DNA of 64,000 nucleotides, from NCBI GenBank assembly GCA_024695935.1, contig JAILHH010000001.1:990-64989 (forward strand), written 5' to 3'. The position numbers and the translations under genes are program-made. The number at the start of each line of letters is the position of its first letter. The first letter of the stretch is position 1. The DNA is from Acetatifactor sp. (GTDB lineage Bacteria; Bacillota; Clostridia; Lachnospirales; Lachnospiraceae). The notes under the pieces were generated by a model that was not told the DNA's origin, searched no databases, and worked only from the letters and a program-made list of their open reading frames with translations. Positions 48,035 to 58,635 of this stretch are shown here, piece by piece.

Positions 48035-50716
48035 ATGAAAAAATTTACTTTTCAAAGATTTATATTTGAGCTTTTATCCCATATCGTGCTGGGATTTCTG
48101 GCCCTCATCATAGGCTTGATCCTCTCTTTGTCAAATATTGAGATCAATTCCCTGTCCGGTACAAAGGAATATAATTTTGATTTTTTTAAGACGGTGGGGA
48201 TCTTTGAGGATTCGGAACTATTTTCGGAGCTTTTCAAAGAATCCATAGAAGATATCGCAAGGCTCGTTGTCATCAAGGAACAGTTTGAGGATAAAGGCAG
48301 TTTTAATCCCTCAAAACTCATTGATGTCACTAATTTTGTGGAGAGAAAAGGTGAATATTCGGGAACCTTCGCCACGGCAGTCTATGAATTGGACGATCTC
48401 ATCAAATGGGGCAGATTCGGAATAGAATACGAAGACTTTTCCATGGGTTCATACGGCTTTGCTGAATTTTTCGGAAATATTATTTATCCCGAGAATTTTG
48501 CCTTTGATCAGTATGGAAATCTGTATTTTGACGGCTTTTATACTGTTGATACATTAAACTCAGTGGATTTCTATTTTGATAATCGTACGGTTTTGACACC
48601 GGAAGCCCACGATGCTTTGGTGAGCGAGATCCAGGAAAAATACGGTCTTGGTTCCGAGACAGGCGTAAGTCTTCATGTTCAGGCCGAACTTGACAGTATG
48701 ACTTATTCCGAGATCATGGATCTGGTGGTGGCTTATCTTGTGACATCTCTTCAGGACGAGATCGACTTAGAGACCAGTGATGCCGGTGAATTAATGGTTT
48801 CCTTCAGCATGATCAGTGAGAGATATGCTACCTATGACGGTCAGAGTACTATCTTTACCTGTGTGGACAACTGGATTGATTATTTCGCCCTTCAGAATAA
48901 TCTGGTGGATGCCATTGAAAGTATTTCCGTAAATTACGATCAATACGTAAAGAGTATGGAATATTACGGTGAAAATGAGGGCAATCTGAAATATGCCATT
49001 CGTATGACTGATGACCTGGGTGTTAATCATACTTTCACGAATATTTCCGAGCGGGAAAATTATTCCGATGAGCAGCTTACAGAGTATTTTGGTGAGTACA
49101 GAAAGTTTTTTATCTATTATCCCGATTCCCTGGATTTTACGGGTAACTCATCCTTTACCGAGGAGACTATTTTTAATATCATCAGAAATTATGATTATGC
49201 TTATCCCACAAATACCATGATCTGGGTAGGTGTTGATACCAATTATCCCATAAAGGATGCGTTTTATGATGCAAATCTGGCATATAACAGAGTATCCCAA
49301 AACAGCAGAAGACTTCTTGTGATCATGCTGATACTCCTTGGCATGTGGCTCATAGATCTGGTTTATCTGACCATGATCATGGGCAGCTCATCATTTGATG
49401 AGTCGGAAGGGGAGATAAGCCTGTATCCCATAGACCGGATAAAGACGGAAATCTTATTGCTTTTCGGGCTTGTGATGGCAGGACTCATAGCCACGGAGTA
49501 TTCATATTTTTACGATCTTGCCCTTCGGGCAGACTTTGGAGTGTGGTTTGTTTACGGCTTCTGGATAAGTCTTTCATTCAGCCTTGTCTGGTACAGCCTT
49601 GTGAGAAGATTCAGGTTCAGGACTTTGTATGAAAACAGCCTGGCCAGGTCTTTGTCCGACTTGTCAAAAAAAGTGGTGGATTTTTCGTCAAAACACGTGG
49701 ATTCGGCTTTTTCATCCATCATGACTTACTTTTTGTATATTCTCATTAACGGTGTATTTTTGTATGGCATATACAGATACAGAGACCAAAAGCTGGGTAT
49801 TATCCTGATAGTGATCCTGTCCGTTATAGACCTTGCCGTTGCAGGTATCAGATTTAAAACTACCGCAGAGAGAAATGATATCATGGACGGAATCCGCAGG
49901 ATCAGAGACGGTGAAGTAGACTATAAAATAGACAATGAAAATCTTCATGGATACAACAGAGAACTTGCGGATGCGGTTAATAATATCGGAGAGGGTATCA
50001 GAAAAGCTGTCCGCACTTCCATGAAGGATGAACAGATGAAGACGGATCTTATCACAAACGTATCCCACGATCTAAAGACTCCGCTCACGTCCATCATAAA
50101 TTATGTTGATTTGTTAAAGAGGCTTAAGATCCGGGATGAAACCGCAAATGCTTATATTTCCATCCTGGATTCAAAATCCCAGAGATTAAAGACTTTGACG
50201 GAAGACCTTGTGGAGGTATCCAGAATATCGTCCGGAAATATCAATCTTGAAATGGGAAAGATCAATCTCTTCGAACTGGTAAATCAGGCGGCAGGAGAGT
50301 TTGCGGACAAATTCGAGGACTCAAATCTCACTCTTTTTATAAACAAAAAAGGGTCGGATATGAATGTATATGTGGACAGCAAGAGAATGTGGCGAGTGAT
50401 CGAGAATCAGTTCAATAACATATGCAAATATGCCCTTGAAAATTCCAGAGTTTACGTGGATGTGGAAGAAAAGGACGGCAATGTGGTACTGTCTTTGAAA
50501 AATATTTCAAAGGCTCAGATGAATATCACCCCGGATGAACTGACAGAGAGATTTATCCGCGGAGATTCTTCCAGAAGTACTGAGGGAAGCGGACTGGGAC
50601 TTTCTATTTCCAAGAGTCTGGTGGAAGCCATGGGAGGAAGTTTTGAGATAGTTTTGGACGGAGATCTGTTTAAGGCAGTCATTTCCTTCCCGGTTTATAA
50701 AGAAAATGAAGAATAA
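48035..50716 (+). CDS. Sensor histidine kinase with a large extracytoplasmic domain of about 400 aa between two TM segments
   Basis: TM at residues 15-35; a second TM cluster around 445-600 with several helices; HisKA H-box SHDLKTPLTSI; HATPase_c N, G1 and G2 boxes (GSGLGLSI). Confidence 0.88.
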   Translation: MKKFTFQRFIFELLSHIVLGFLALIIGLILSLSNIEINSLSGTKEYNFDFFKTVGIFEDSELFSELFKESIEDIARLVVIKEQFEDKGSFNPSKLIDVTNFVERKGEYSGTFATAVYELDDLIKWGRFGIEYEDFSMGSYGFAEFFGNIIYPENFAFDQYGNLYFDGFYTVDTLNSVDFYFDNRTVLTPEAHDALVSEIQEKYGLGSETGVSLHVQAELDSMTYSEIMDLVVAYLVTSLQDEIDLETSDAGELMVSFSMISERYATYDGQSTIFTCVDNWIDYFALQNNLVDAIESISVNYDQYVKSMEYYGENEGNLKYAIRMTDDLGVNHTFTNISERENYSDEQLTEYFGEYRKFFIYYPDSLDFTGNSSFTEETIFNIIRNYDYAYPTNTMIWVGVDTNYPIKDAFYDANLAYNRVSQNSRRLLVIMLILLGMWLIDLVYLTMIMGSSSFDESEGEISLYPIDRIKTEILLLFGLVMAGLIATEYSYFYDLALRADFGVWFVYGFWISLSFSLVWYSLVRRFRFRTLYENSLARSLSDLSKKVVDFSSKHVDSAFSSIMTYFLYILINGVFLYGIYRYRDQKLGIILIVILSVIDLAVAGIRFKTTAERNDIMDGIRRIRDGEVDYKIDNENLHGYNRELADAVNNIGEGIRKAVRTSMKDEQMKTDLITNVSHDLKTPLTSIINYVDLLKRLKIRDETANAYISILDSKSQRLKTLTEDLVEVSRISSGNINLEMGKINLFELVNQAAGEFADKFEDSNLTLFINKKGSDMNVYVDSKRMWRVIENQFNNICKYALENSRVYVDVEEKDGNVVLSLKNISKAQMNITPDELTERFIRGDSSRSTEGSGLGLSISKSLVEAMGGSFEIVLDGDLFKAVISFPVYKENEE

Positions 50717-50748
50717 AAAAGTCCCTGCATTGCAGGGACTTATTTATT
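50716..50748. terminator. Bidirectional terminator between the histidine kinase (+) and the prs-like gene (-)
   Basis: aaaaaagtccctgca-t-tgcagggacttattt. Confidence 0.85.
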
Positions 50749-50770
50749 GCACATCTGATGCACGAAGGTA

Positions 50771-51955
50771 TTAATTTGATTTTTCTCTCTTGTTATATTC
50801 ATCAAGAAACTCACGCATTTTCTCGGCAGGAGTCAGGATATTTGACATTGAAGCATCATGATTCATGAAATCGATGATGGATGCAATGAATTTATAAAGG
50901 TCTGCCTCAATGAAGTAAGGTCTGTTATAAATTTCGGGAGGAAGAGCTGTGAGGTTTGTGGTGATTATCTTGTCGAAATCGCCTCTCTCATAAGCTTCGT
51001 CAAATTTTGAAAATCCTTCCGTAAACAGACCAAAGGAAGAGCAGATAAATACATGTTTTGCCTTCATAGCCTTAAGCTGTTTTGCGGTATCTATCATTGA
51101 ACCGCCGGATGCGATCATGTCATCGATGATGATAACGTCTTTTCCTGTCAGGTCGTCGCCCAAAAATTCATGTGCAACGATAGGATTTTTGCCGTTTACG
51201 ATGGTGGTATAATCCCTTCTCTTGTAGAACATTCCGGTGTTAACACCAAGTACGGAAGCAAAGTATATTGCTCTGTCAAGAGCGCCTTCGTCAGGGCTTA
51301 TGACGATGAGATGATCCTTATCTATGATCAGATCGTTTTCGCTGTTTAAAAGTGATTTGATAAATTGATATTGAGGCATGAAATTATCAAATCCGTTTAA
51401 GGGTGTGGCATTTGCAACTCTGGGGTCGTGAGCATCGAATGTAACAAAGTTGTCAACGCCGTAATCCTTTAATTCCTGAAGCATGAAAGCACAGTCTAAT
51501 GACTCTCTCAAAGTTCTTCTGTGCTGACGGCTCTCATACATAAAGGGCATGATGACATTGATCCTTTTTGCCTTTCCGTTACAAGCGGCAATAACCCTTT
51601 TTAAATCCTGATAATGATCATCGGGAGACATGTAATGCTTATATCCGTTCAGATCATAGGAGATACTGTTGTTTACCACATCCACAAGTAAAAACAGATC
51701 CTTTCCGCGGACACTTTCCAAAAGTTCAGCCTTTGATTCGCCGCTGCCGAATCTGGGTACATTTATGGGGAGCAGATATGAACTCTCGATGTAACCTTCA
51801 AAAGCGGGATCGTTTTTGACTTTGCTGTTTATCTGTTTTCTGTAATCAACTACATAATCATTGATCCTGCGTCCCATTTTTTCTGCTGAAGGAAGTGCTA
51901 CGATCTTTAAAGGTGCCACAGGCATTTTGTTTTCAATACTCTCAAGATTTGGCAA
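50771..51955 (-). CDS. Ribose-phosphate pyrophosphokinase family protein (long, divergent Prs paralog)
   Basis: GESKAELLESVRGKDLFLL, DAHDP and DDMIASGGSM PRPP-binding motifs; 394 aa against about 315 for canonical Prs. Confidence 0.7.
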   Translation of the reverse strand: MPNLESIENKMPVAPLKIVALPSAEKMGRRINDYVVDYRKQINSKVKNDPAFEGYIESSYLLPINVPRFGSGESKAELLESVRGKDLFLLVDVVNNSISYDLNGYKHYMSPDDHYQDLKRVIAACNGKAKRINVIMPFMYESRQHRRTLRESLDCAFMLQELKDYGVDNFVTFDAHDPRVANATPLNGFDNFMPQYQFIKSLLNSENDLIIDKDHLIVISPDEGALDRAIYFASVLGVNTGMFYKRRDYTTIVNGKNPIVAHEFLGDDLTGKDVIIIDDMIASGGSMIDTAKQLKAMKAKHVFICSSFGLFTEGFSKFDEAYERGDFDKIITTNLTALPPEIYNRPYFIEADLYKFIASIIDFMNHDASMSNILTPAEKMREFLDEYNKREKSN

Positions 51956-52124
51956 TTTTTAATGCCTCCTGTTCATGAATTTTAACATCTATTTTATATC
52001 ATTATGCTAGTGACACGTCAAGGAAATTCGAGTACAATAAAATATGTATGTGAAAGCGGTCTCATACTTTTTTATGTATGTTTTTACTTTATTTTACAGA
52101 TCGTTTTTAAAAAGGAGATTTTAA

Positions 52125-53474
52125 GTGACAGGCGATAAGAATATAAAAGGACATTTGGTCAGTAAGATCCTGCCCGGTTCCATCGCTGAAGAGATGGAAA
52201 TCGAACCCGGGGACAGACTGTTGTCCATTAATGATACGGAAATAGAGGATATATTTGATTATCAGTATCTGGTTCAGGACTCGGACATTGATGTGTGCAT
52301 ACAAAAACCTGATGGTGAAGAGTGGGTCCTTGAGATCGAAAAGGATCCCGACGAGGATCTGGGTATTGTATTTGAAAGCGGCCTTATGGATGAGTACAGG
52401 CATTGTTCCAATAAATGTATTTTCTGTTTTATCGATCAGATGCCAAAGGGCATGAGAGAGACCCTTTATTTTAAAGATGATGACTCCAGACTCTCATTTT
52501 TGCAGGGTAATTATGTAACCCTTACCAATATGTCCGACAAGGATGTGGAGAGGATATGTAAATATCATTTATCCCCTATAAATATCTCGATCCAGACCAT
52601 GAATCCGGAGCTTAGATGTATGATGCTCCACAACCGTTTTGCCGGCACTGCTTTAAAAAAGATAGACAGACTCTGTGAAGCCGGTATTGTCATGAACGGT
52701 CAGATTGTTTTATGTAAAGGTGTAAATGACGGAAAAGAACTGGAATATTCCATTGAAAAACTGATGGAATACATGCCCCATTTTCAGAGTGTTTCGGTAG
52801 TACCCGTAGGTCTTTCAAAATACAGGGAAGGGCTTTATCCGCTGGAGCCTTTTACAAAGGAAGATGCTGTAAAAGTCCTTGAGACAATACATAAATATCA
52901 AAAGATCTGCTATGAAAAGTATGAGAATCATTTCGTTCACGCATCGGATGAATGGTATATCCTGGCGGAGGCTAAGCTTCCGGATGAGGACAATTATGAC
53001 GGATATAATCAGCTTGAAAACGGCGTCGGAATGATAAGGCTTCTTTTGAATGAATTTGAAGACGCAAAAAACATAAGGCTGTCAAATAAAATGATCCCTT
53101 CTGCAGATGTCCGCGGAGAGATATCCATGGCAACGGGGCTTTTGGCTTATCCCTTCATAAAGAAAATGTCGGATGAGATCATGAGCTTTTATCCCAATAT
53201 AGAGATTCACGTCTACGGGATAGTCAATGAGTTCTTCGGAGAAAAGATCACAGTTTCAGGGCTCCTTACAGGTGGGGATCTCATGAAGCAGCTTCAGGGG
53301 AAAAAACTTGGGGAAAGACTTATCTTACCGGAAAATGTGTTAAGGAGCGGAGAGGATGTTTTCCTAGATGACTATCACGTATCAGACCTTGAAAAAACTT
53401 TACAAGTAAAGGTTAATATTGTAAAATCTACCGGGTACGATTTTTGGAACATAGTTGACGGAAAGGAAGTATAA
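52125..53474 (+). CDS. PDZ domain / radical-SAM-like / DUF512 protein
   Basis: N-terminal PDZ (ILPGSIAEEMEIEPGDRLLSIND), CxxxCxxC (CSNKCIFC), C-terminal DUF512-like region; GTG start with RBS aaaggag; conserved neighbour of der in Clostridia. Confidence 0.75.
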   Translation: MTGDKNIKGHLVSKILPGSIAEEMEIEPGDRLLSINDTEIEDIFDYQYLVQDSDIDVCIQKPDGEEWVLEIEKDPDEDLGIVFESGLMDEYRHCSNKCIFCFIDQMPKGMRETLYFKDDDSRLSFLQGNYVTLTNMSDKDVERICKYHLSPINISIQTMNPELRCMMLHNRFAGTALKKIDRLCEAGIVMNGQIVLCKGVNDGKELEYSIEKLMEYMPHFQSVSVVPVGLSKYREGLYPLEPFTKEDAVKVLETIHKYQKICYEKYENHFVHASDEWYILAEAKLPDEDNYDGYNQLENGVGMIRLLLNEFEDAKNIRLSNKMIPSADVRGEISMATGLLAYPFIKKMSDEIMSFYPNIEIHVYGIVNEFFGEKITVSGLLTGGDLMKQLQGKKLGERLILPENVLRSGEDVFLDDYHVSDLEKTLQVKVNIVKSTGYDFWNIVDGKEV

Positions 53475-53475
53475 A

Positions 53476-54816
53476 ATGGCAAAGAAAAAAGGCAAGCCTA
53501 TAGTGGCTATCGTGGGACGCCCCAATGTGGGAAAGTCCACTCTTTTCAATGCTCTTGCAGGCGAGGATATCTCCATTGTAAAAGATACCCCCGGTATTAC
53601 AAGAGACCGTATTTATGCCGATGTTACATGGCTTGACAAAACCTTTACCTTGATAGATACAGGTGGTATTGAGCCTGATTCGGATGATATCATTCTTTCA
53701 CAGATGAGAGCCCAGGCTGAGATTGCCATGGAGACCGCAGATGTGATCATTTTCCTTGTGGATGTGAGACAGGGACTTGTGGATTCCGATTCAAAAGTTG
53801 CGGACATGCTCAGAAGAAGTCATAAGCCTGTTGTGCTTGTGGTCAACAAGGTGGACAGCTATGAAAAGTTCATGCCTGATGTGTATGAGTTTTACAATCT
53901 CGGCATCGGCGATCCTCATCCCGTTTCATCCGTAAACAGACTGGGATTCGGTGACATGCTTGAAGTTGTATGTGAGTATTTCCCCGAAGACCTGGCAAAT
54001 GAAGAGGAAGATGACAGACCCAGGGTTGCCATCGTCGGTAAACCAAACGTTGGAAAGTCTTCTCTTATCAACAAGCTTCTGGGTGAGGACAGACTCATTG
54101 TTTCCGATATTGCCGGAACCACCCGTGATGCAGTTGATACTGAGATAAAATATAATGACAAGGAATATGTATTTATTGATACGGCGGGACTGCGCAGAAA
54201 GAACAAGATCAAAGAAGATTTAGAGCATTTTATGATCGTTCGAACCGTGGCTGCTGTTGAAAAGTCGGATATCGTGGTGCTTGTGATAGACGCGACTGAA
54301 GGCGTTACCGAGCAGGACGCAAAGATCGCAGGTATTGCCCATGACAGAGGAAAAGCTGTTATTATCTGTGTAAATAAGTGGGATGCCATTGAAAAAAATG
54401 ACAAGACCATTTATGAATACACCGACAAGATCAGAAACATCCTTTCGTACATGCCCTATGCCGAGATCCTGTTTGTATCCGCAAAGAGCGGTCAGCGTCT
54501 GCCTAAGCTTTTCGAGACCATAGATATGGTTTCCGAAAATCATGCCATGAGAGTTCAGACAGGTGTTCTCAACGAGATCATGGCGGAAGCTGTGGCAATG
54601 CAGCAGCCCCCTGCGGACAAGGGAAAGAGGCTTAAGCTTTATTACATCACTCAGGTATCGGTTAAACCCCCTACCTTTGTTATCTTTGTAAATGATAAAG
54701 AGCTTATGCATTTTTCATATACACGTTATATCGAGAATCAGATCAGAGACACCTTTGGCTTTAAAGGTACGCCTCTCAGATTTATCATAAGAGAAAGAAA
54801 GGAAAAAGAGCAATAA
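53476..54816 (+). CDS. der: Ribosome-associated GTPase Der (EngA)
   Basis: Two tandem GTPase domains (GRPNVGKST ... GKPNVGKSS) plus a KH-like C-terminus. Confidence 0.93.
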   Translation: MAKKKGKPIVAIVGRPNVGKSTLFNALAGEDISIVKDTPGITRDRIYADVTWLDKTFTLIDTGGIEPDSDDIILSQMRAQAEIAMETADVIIFLVDVRQGLVDSDSKVADMLRRSHKPVVLVVNKVDSYEKFMPDVYEFYNLGIGDPHPVSSVNRLGFGDMLEVVCEYFPEDLANEEEDDRPRVAIVGKPNVGKSSLINKLLGEDRLIVSDIAGTTRDAVDTEIKYNDKEYVFIDTAGLRRKNKIKEDLEHFMIVRTVAAVEKSDIVVLVIDATEGVTEQDAKIAGIAHDRGKAVIICVNKWDAIEKNDKTIYEYTDKIRNILSYMPYAEILFVSAKSGQRLPKLFETIDMVSENHAMRVQTGVLNEIMAEAVAMQQPPADKGKRLKLYYITQVSVKPPTFVIFVNDKELMHFSYTRYIENQIRDTFGFKGTPLRFIIRERKEKEQ

Positions 54817-55472
54817 TGGAAAGGCTGTTATGTCTCTTACTCGGTTATGTTTTCGGACTTTTCCAAACCGCAATAATCTATGGAAAAGTTCATGGAGTCG
54901 ATATCACAAAGCATGGAAGCGGTAATCCCGGAACTACAAACACCCTGAGAGTTATGGGGGCAAAGGCCGGTGGAATGGTGCTTCTGGGCGATGCATTAAA
55001 GACCATCATCCCTATAGTGATCATCAGATGTACTCTTGGAGCCGCTCATCCCGAGATGAAGCTTTTATATGCACTTTATGTTGGTGCAGGTGCAATACTT
55101 GGACATAATTATCCTTTTTATCTTAAATTCAAAGGCGGTAAAGGTATCGCAGCAACAGCAGGGCTTATCATCGCATTTAACCCCTGGTTTGTGTTGGTGG
55201 GAGTGATAGTTTTCTTTGGAAACTTCTTTACAACACATTATGTTTCACTGGGTTCCCTTCTCGTATATATCACCTTCATGATCGAGATGGTTCTCTTTGG
55301 ACAAAAGGGCTGGCTTGGCGATATACCGCAGGTTGTACTTAATGAAATGTATGTAATAACATTCCTTCTTGCATGTCTTGCTTTTTGGAAGCACAGGACC
55401 AATATCGTGAAGCTGATAAACGGAAACGAGCGAAAGACTTATCTTTCAAAGGACAAAAATAAGGCAGAATAA
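54816..55472 (+). CDS. plsY: Glycerol-3-phosphate acyltransferase PlsY
   Basis: HGSGNPGTTN motif, multi-TM, 218 aa. Confidence 0.92.
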   Translation: MERLLCLLLGYVFGLFQTAIIYGKVHGVDITKHGSGNPGTTNTLRVMGAKAGGMVLLGDALKTIIPIVIIRCTLGAAHPEMKLLYALYVGAGAILGHNYPFYLKFKGGKGIAATAGLIIAFNPWFVLVGVIVFFGNFFTTHYVSLGSLLVYITFMIEMVLFGQKGWLGDIPQVVLNEMYVITFLLACLAFWKHRTNIVKLINGNERKTYLSKDKNKAE

Positions 55473-55494
55473 CTTATATCGGGAGATGATTAAT

Positions 55495-56502
55495 ATGGCA
55501 AAAGTAACTATACTCGGCGGAGGAAGCTGGGGAATCGCCCTGGCGGTACTTCTTGATAAGAACGGTTGTGATGTCACCATCTGGAGTGCTCTTCCAAAGG
55601 AGATCGAGACCCTTAAACAAAACCATGAGCATCCTATGCTACCGGGGGTAAAACTCTCCGAGAATATGATATTTACAACAGATGACAAAGAGGCTGTAAC
55701 TGGTAAAGACATGATCGTTATGGCAGTTCAGAGTTCATATACCAGATCCACTGCAAAAAGGCTTTCACCCCTTGTAAGGGAAGGTCAGATCATAGTGGAT
55801 GTGGCAAAGGGTATTGAGGAAGGAACTCTTATGACTTTATCTCAGCAGATCAAGGAGGAGATGCCACAGGCGGATGTGGCTGTTTTGTCAGGTCCTTCCC
55901 ATGCTGAGGAGGTCGCAAGAGAGATACCCACGACCATCGTTGCCGGAGCAACTTCAAGAAAGACTGCTGAATTTGTGCAGAATCTGTTTATGAACGAGGT
56001 TTTCAGAGTTTATACAAGCCCTGATATTTTAGGCATGGAGCTTGGCGGTTCTTTAAAGAACGTTGTGGCCCTTGCGGCGGGAATTGCAGACGGACTGGGA
56101 TACGGAGATAATTCAAAGGCAGCCCTTATCACCAGAGGGATCGCAGAGATATCGAGACTTGGTATCGCCATGGGCGGAAAAGCCGAGACTTTTTACGGTC
56201 TTACAGGAATCGGCGATCTGATCGTAACCTGTGCCAGCATGCATTCCAGAAACAGAAGAGCCGGAATTCTTATAGGTCAGGGAAAGACTTATGAGGAAGC
56301 AATGGATGAAGTTAAAATGGTGGTTGAAGGCGTATACAGCGCGAAGGCTGCCGTTGAACTGGCTCATAAATACAATATTGAAATGCCCATCATAGAGCAG
56401 GTCAACAAAGTCCTTTTTGAGGGAAAAGATGCGGCACTTGCAGTTAAAGAATTGATGCTTCGCGACAGAAAAGTGGAGATCAACGATACCTGGGAAGATT
56501 AA
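55495..56502 (+). CDS. gpsA: NAD(P)H-dependent glycerol-3-phosphate dehydrogenase
   Basis: KVTILGGGSWG, GSLKNV. Confidence 0.93.
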   Translation: MAKVTILGGGSWGIALAVLLDKNGCDVTIWSALPKEIETLKQNHEHPMLPGVKLSENMIFTTDDKEAVTGKDMIVMAVQSSYTRSTAKRLSPLVREGQIIVDVAKGIEEGTLMTLSQQIKEEMPQADVAVLSGPSHAEEVAREIPTTIVAGATSRKTAEFVQNLFMNEVFRVYTSPDILGMELGGSLKNVVALAAGIADGLGYGDNSKAALITRGIAEISRLGIAMGGKAETFYGLTGIGDLIVTCASMHSRNRRAGILIGQGKTYEEAMDEVKMVVEGVYSAKAAVELAHKYNIEMPIIEQVNKVLFEGKDAALAVKELMLRDRKVEINDTWED

Positions 56503-56511
56503 GGAGATTAC

Positions 56512-57324
56512 ATGAACAACGAGTTTTCTAGTACACAGGAATATGTTGCCAGTGAAGAACTTATGGCATCCGTAAATATTGCCATCGCTTTAAAAAAGCC
56601 ACTCCTCATAAAGGGTGAGCCGGGAACCGGAAAGACCATGCTTGCGGAAGCGGTTGCAAAGGCACTTTCAAAGAAACTTATCATATGGAATATTAAATCC
56701 ACCACAAAGGCTCAGGATGGTCTGTATGTATATGATACAATTCAGCGACTCTATGACGGTCAGTTTGGCGAGGAAGGTGTAGATGATATCGCCAGATATA
56801 TAAAGCTGGGTAAGCTCGGTGAGGCGTTTGACAGTGATGAGCAGGTGGTGCTTCTTATCGATGAGATCGACAAGGCGGATCTTGAATTCCCCAACGACCT
56901 TCTGTGGGAACTTGATCAGATGGAATTTTATATCAATGAGACAAAGCGCACAGTAAAGGCAAAGCATCGTCCCATTGTTATCATTACATCAAATGCGGAG
57001 AAGGAACTTCCCGATGCATTCCTCAGAAGATGTATTTTCCATTATATTGAATTCCCTTCAAGGGAGCTTATGGAGGAGATAGTAAAGGTTCATCATCCGA
57101 ATGTGGAGGAGAATCTGCTACAGAATGCAATGGATGTGTTTTATGCCATCAGAGGCATCAGAGATATCCGAAAGAAACCCAGCACCTCAGAACTTATTGA
57201 CTGGGTAAATGCACTTCAGATAGGCGGCATCAGCGCAGACAGGATAAAGGAAGCGCTTCCTTTTATCGGAGTTGTGGTTAAAAAAGACGAAGATCTGGAA
57301 CTTGCCAAACACGAGACATATTAA
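56512..57324 (+). CDS. MoxR-like AAA+ ATPase
   Basis: GEPGTGKT Walker A, LLIDEIDKA Walker B, 270 aa. Confidence 0.85.
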   Translation: MNNEFSSTQEYVASEELMASVNIAIALKKPLLIKGEPGTGKTMLAEAVAKALSKKLIIWNIKSTTKAQDGLYVYDTIQRLYDGQFGEEGVDDIARYIKLGKLGEAFDSDEQVVLLIDEIDKADLEFPNDLLWELDQMEFYINETKRTVKAKHRPIVIITSNAEKELPDAFLRRCIFHYIEFPSRELMEEIVKVHHPNVEENLLQNAMDVFYAIRGIRDIRKKPSTSELIDWVNALQIGGISADRIKEALPFIGVVVKKDEDLELAKHETY

Positions 57325-57351
57325 TTTTTTTAGATCGTTATACGGAGAATT

Positions 57352-58554
57352 ATGTTTATAAAATTTTTTGAGACTCTTCGTGAAAAAGGATTGAATGTTA
57401 CCCTGGGAGAATGGCTTGATCTTCAAAAGGCTCTGGAGATGGGACTTTGTGAAAGTTCCCTTACTCAGTTTTACTATGTTGCCAGGATGATCCTTGTAAA
57501 GAGCGAAACCGATTATGATAAATTTGATATGGCTTTTGAAGAGTGTTTTAAGGCAACACAGAGGGAAACCGAAGTGGGCGCGGAAATGCTCAGATGGCTC
57601 GATAAATCCGATATGCTGGAACTTGCCCATGAAGAGGCAAGGGATCATTTAAACAAGATGGAAGAGGCTCAGATCGACAAAGAGGATGTGGAGCAGAAAT
57701 TCAAGGACCGTTTAAAAGATCAGGATTCTGAACATAACGGCGGAAGCTTTTGGATCGGAACCATGGGTAAAACCTCATTCGGAAATATGGGCGGTAACGT
57801 GGGCGGCGTCAGAGTCGGCGGTCAGACCGGATATCAGTCTGCTTTTTCCGTTGTGGGAGCCAGAAGATTTCGAGACTTTCGTGATGACAGAGTCCTTGAT
57901 AACAGGCAGTTTCAGCTGGCCTTTAGAAAACTCAGACAGTTTTCATCTAAGCTTGATATTCCGGAGACGGAGCTTGACATAAACGGTACTGTGGACAAAA
58001 CCTGTAATAACGGGGGATGCCTGCAGATCGTAATGCAAAAGCCCAGAAAAAATTCCGTTAAGCTTTTGCTTTTAATGGATTCAGGCGGAACCATGATTCC
58101 TTTTTCCGCACTTTTAAACGACCTGTTTCAGGCCGTTCATAAATCAAACCATTACAAGGATGTAAAGACATATTATTTTCATAACTGTATTTATTCCCAT
58201 GTCTATAAAACTCCGGAGTGTGACTACGGTGACTGGGTTGAGACCGAGTGGATGTTCAGAAACCTGGACAGCGATTACAAGGTGATAATCGTGGGAGATG
58301 CTGCTATGGCTCCCGAGGAACTATGGTCGAAGGATGGCAATTACAGAGGTCCTAACGACGGTCTCACAGGTTATGAATGGCTGGAACTCATAAAGAAAAA
58401 ATATAAAAAAGTCGTCTGGTTAAATCCAAAGATGGCTCCGGGTCATGCGCCCTGGAGAGAAGCGGAGACAGCCATAAAGGAAATGTTTCCCATGTACAAG
58501 CTTACAGTTGACGGATTAAACAGAGCGATGACCAAGCTTATGACAAATAAATAA
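57352..58554 (+). CDS. VWA-domain protein (CoxE/DUF58-like partner of MoxR)
   Basis: LLLMDSGGTM MIDAS-like motif in the C-terminal half; paired with the preceding MoxR ATPase. Confidence 0.75.
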   Translation: MFIKFFETLREKGLNVTLGEWLDLQKALEMGLCESSLTQFYYVARMILVKSETDYDKFDMAFEECFKATQRETEVGAEMLRWLDKSDMLELAHEEARDHLNKMEEAQIDKEDVEQKFKDRLKDQDSEHNGGSFWIGTMGKTSFGNMGGNVGGVRVGGQTGYQSAFSVVGARRFRDFRDDRVLDNRQFQLAFRKLRQFSSKLDIPETELDINGTVDKTCNNGGCLQIVMQKPRKNSVKLLLLMDSGGTMIPFSALLNDLFQAVHKSNHYKDVKTYYFHNCIYSHVYKTPECDYGDWVETEWMFRNLDSDYKVIIVGDAAMAPEELWSKDGNYRGPNDGLTGYEWLELIKKKYKKVVWLNPKMAPGHAPWREAETAIKEMFPMYKLTVDGLNRAMTKLMTNK

Positions 58555-58565
58555 AACAGATCATT

Positions 58566-58598
58566 AAAAGCCCAGGTATGGCCGGGGCTTTTAATTTG
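58566..58598 (+). terminator. Terminator after the VWA gene
   Basis: aaaagccc-aggtatggcc-ggggctttt followed by aattt. Confidence 0.65.
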
Positions 58599-58635
58599 GG
58601 CTGTGATTTTTAAAATCAATATTATCGGAGTTTAT

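Noticed and set aside
52107-52403. 98-aa minus-strand ORF overlapping the start of the PDZ/DUF512 gene
   Set aside because: It overlaps the RBS and 5' end of a conserved + strand gene and has no signals of its own.
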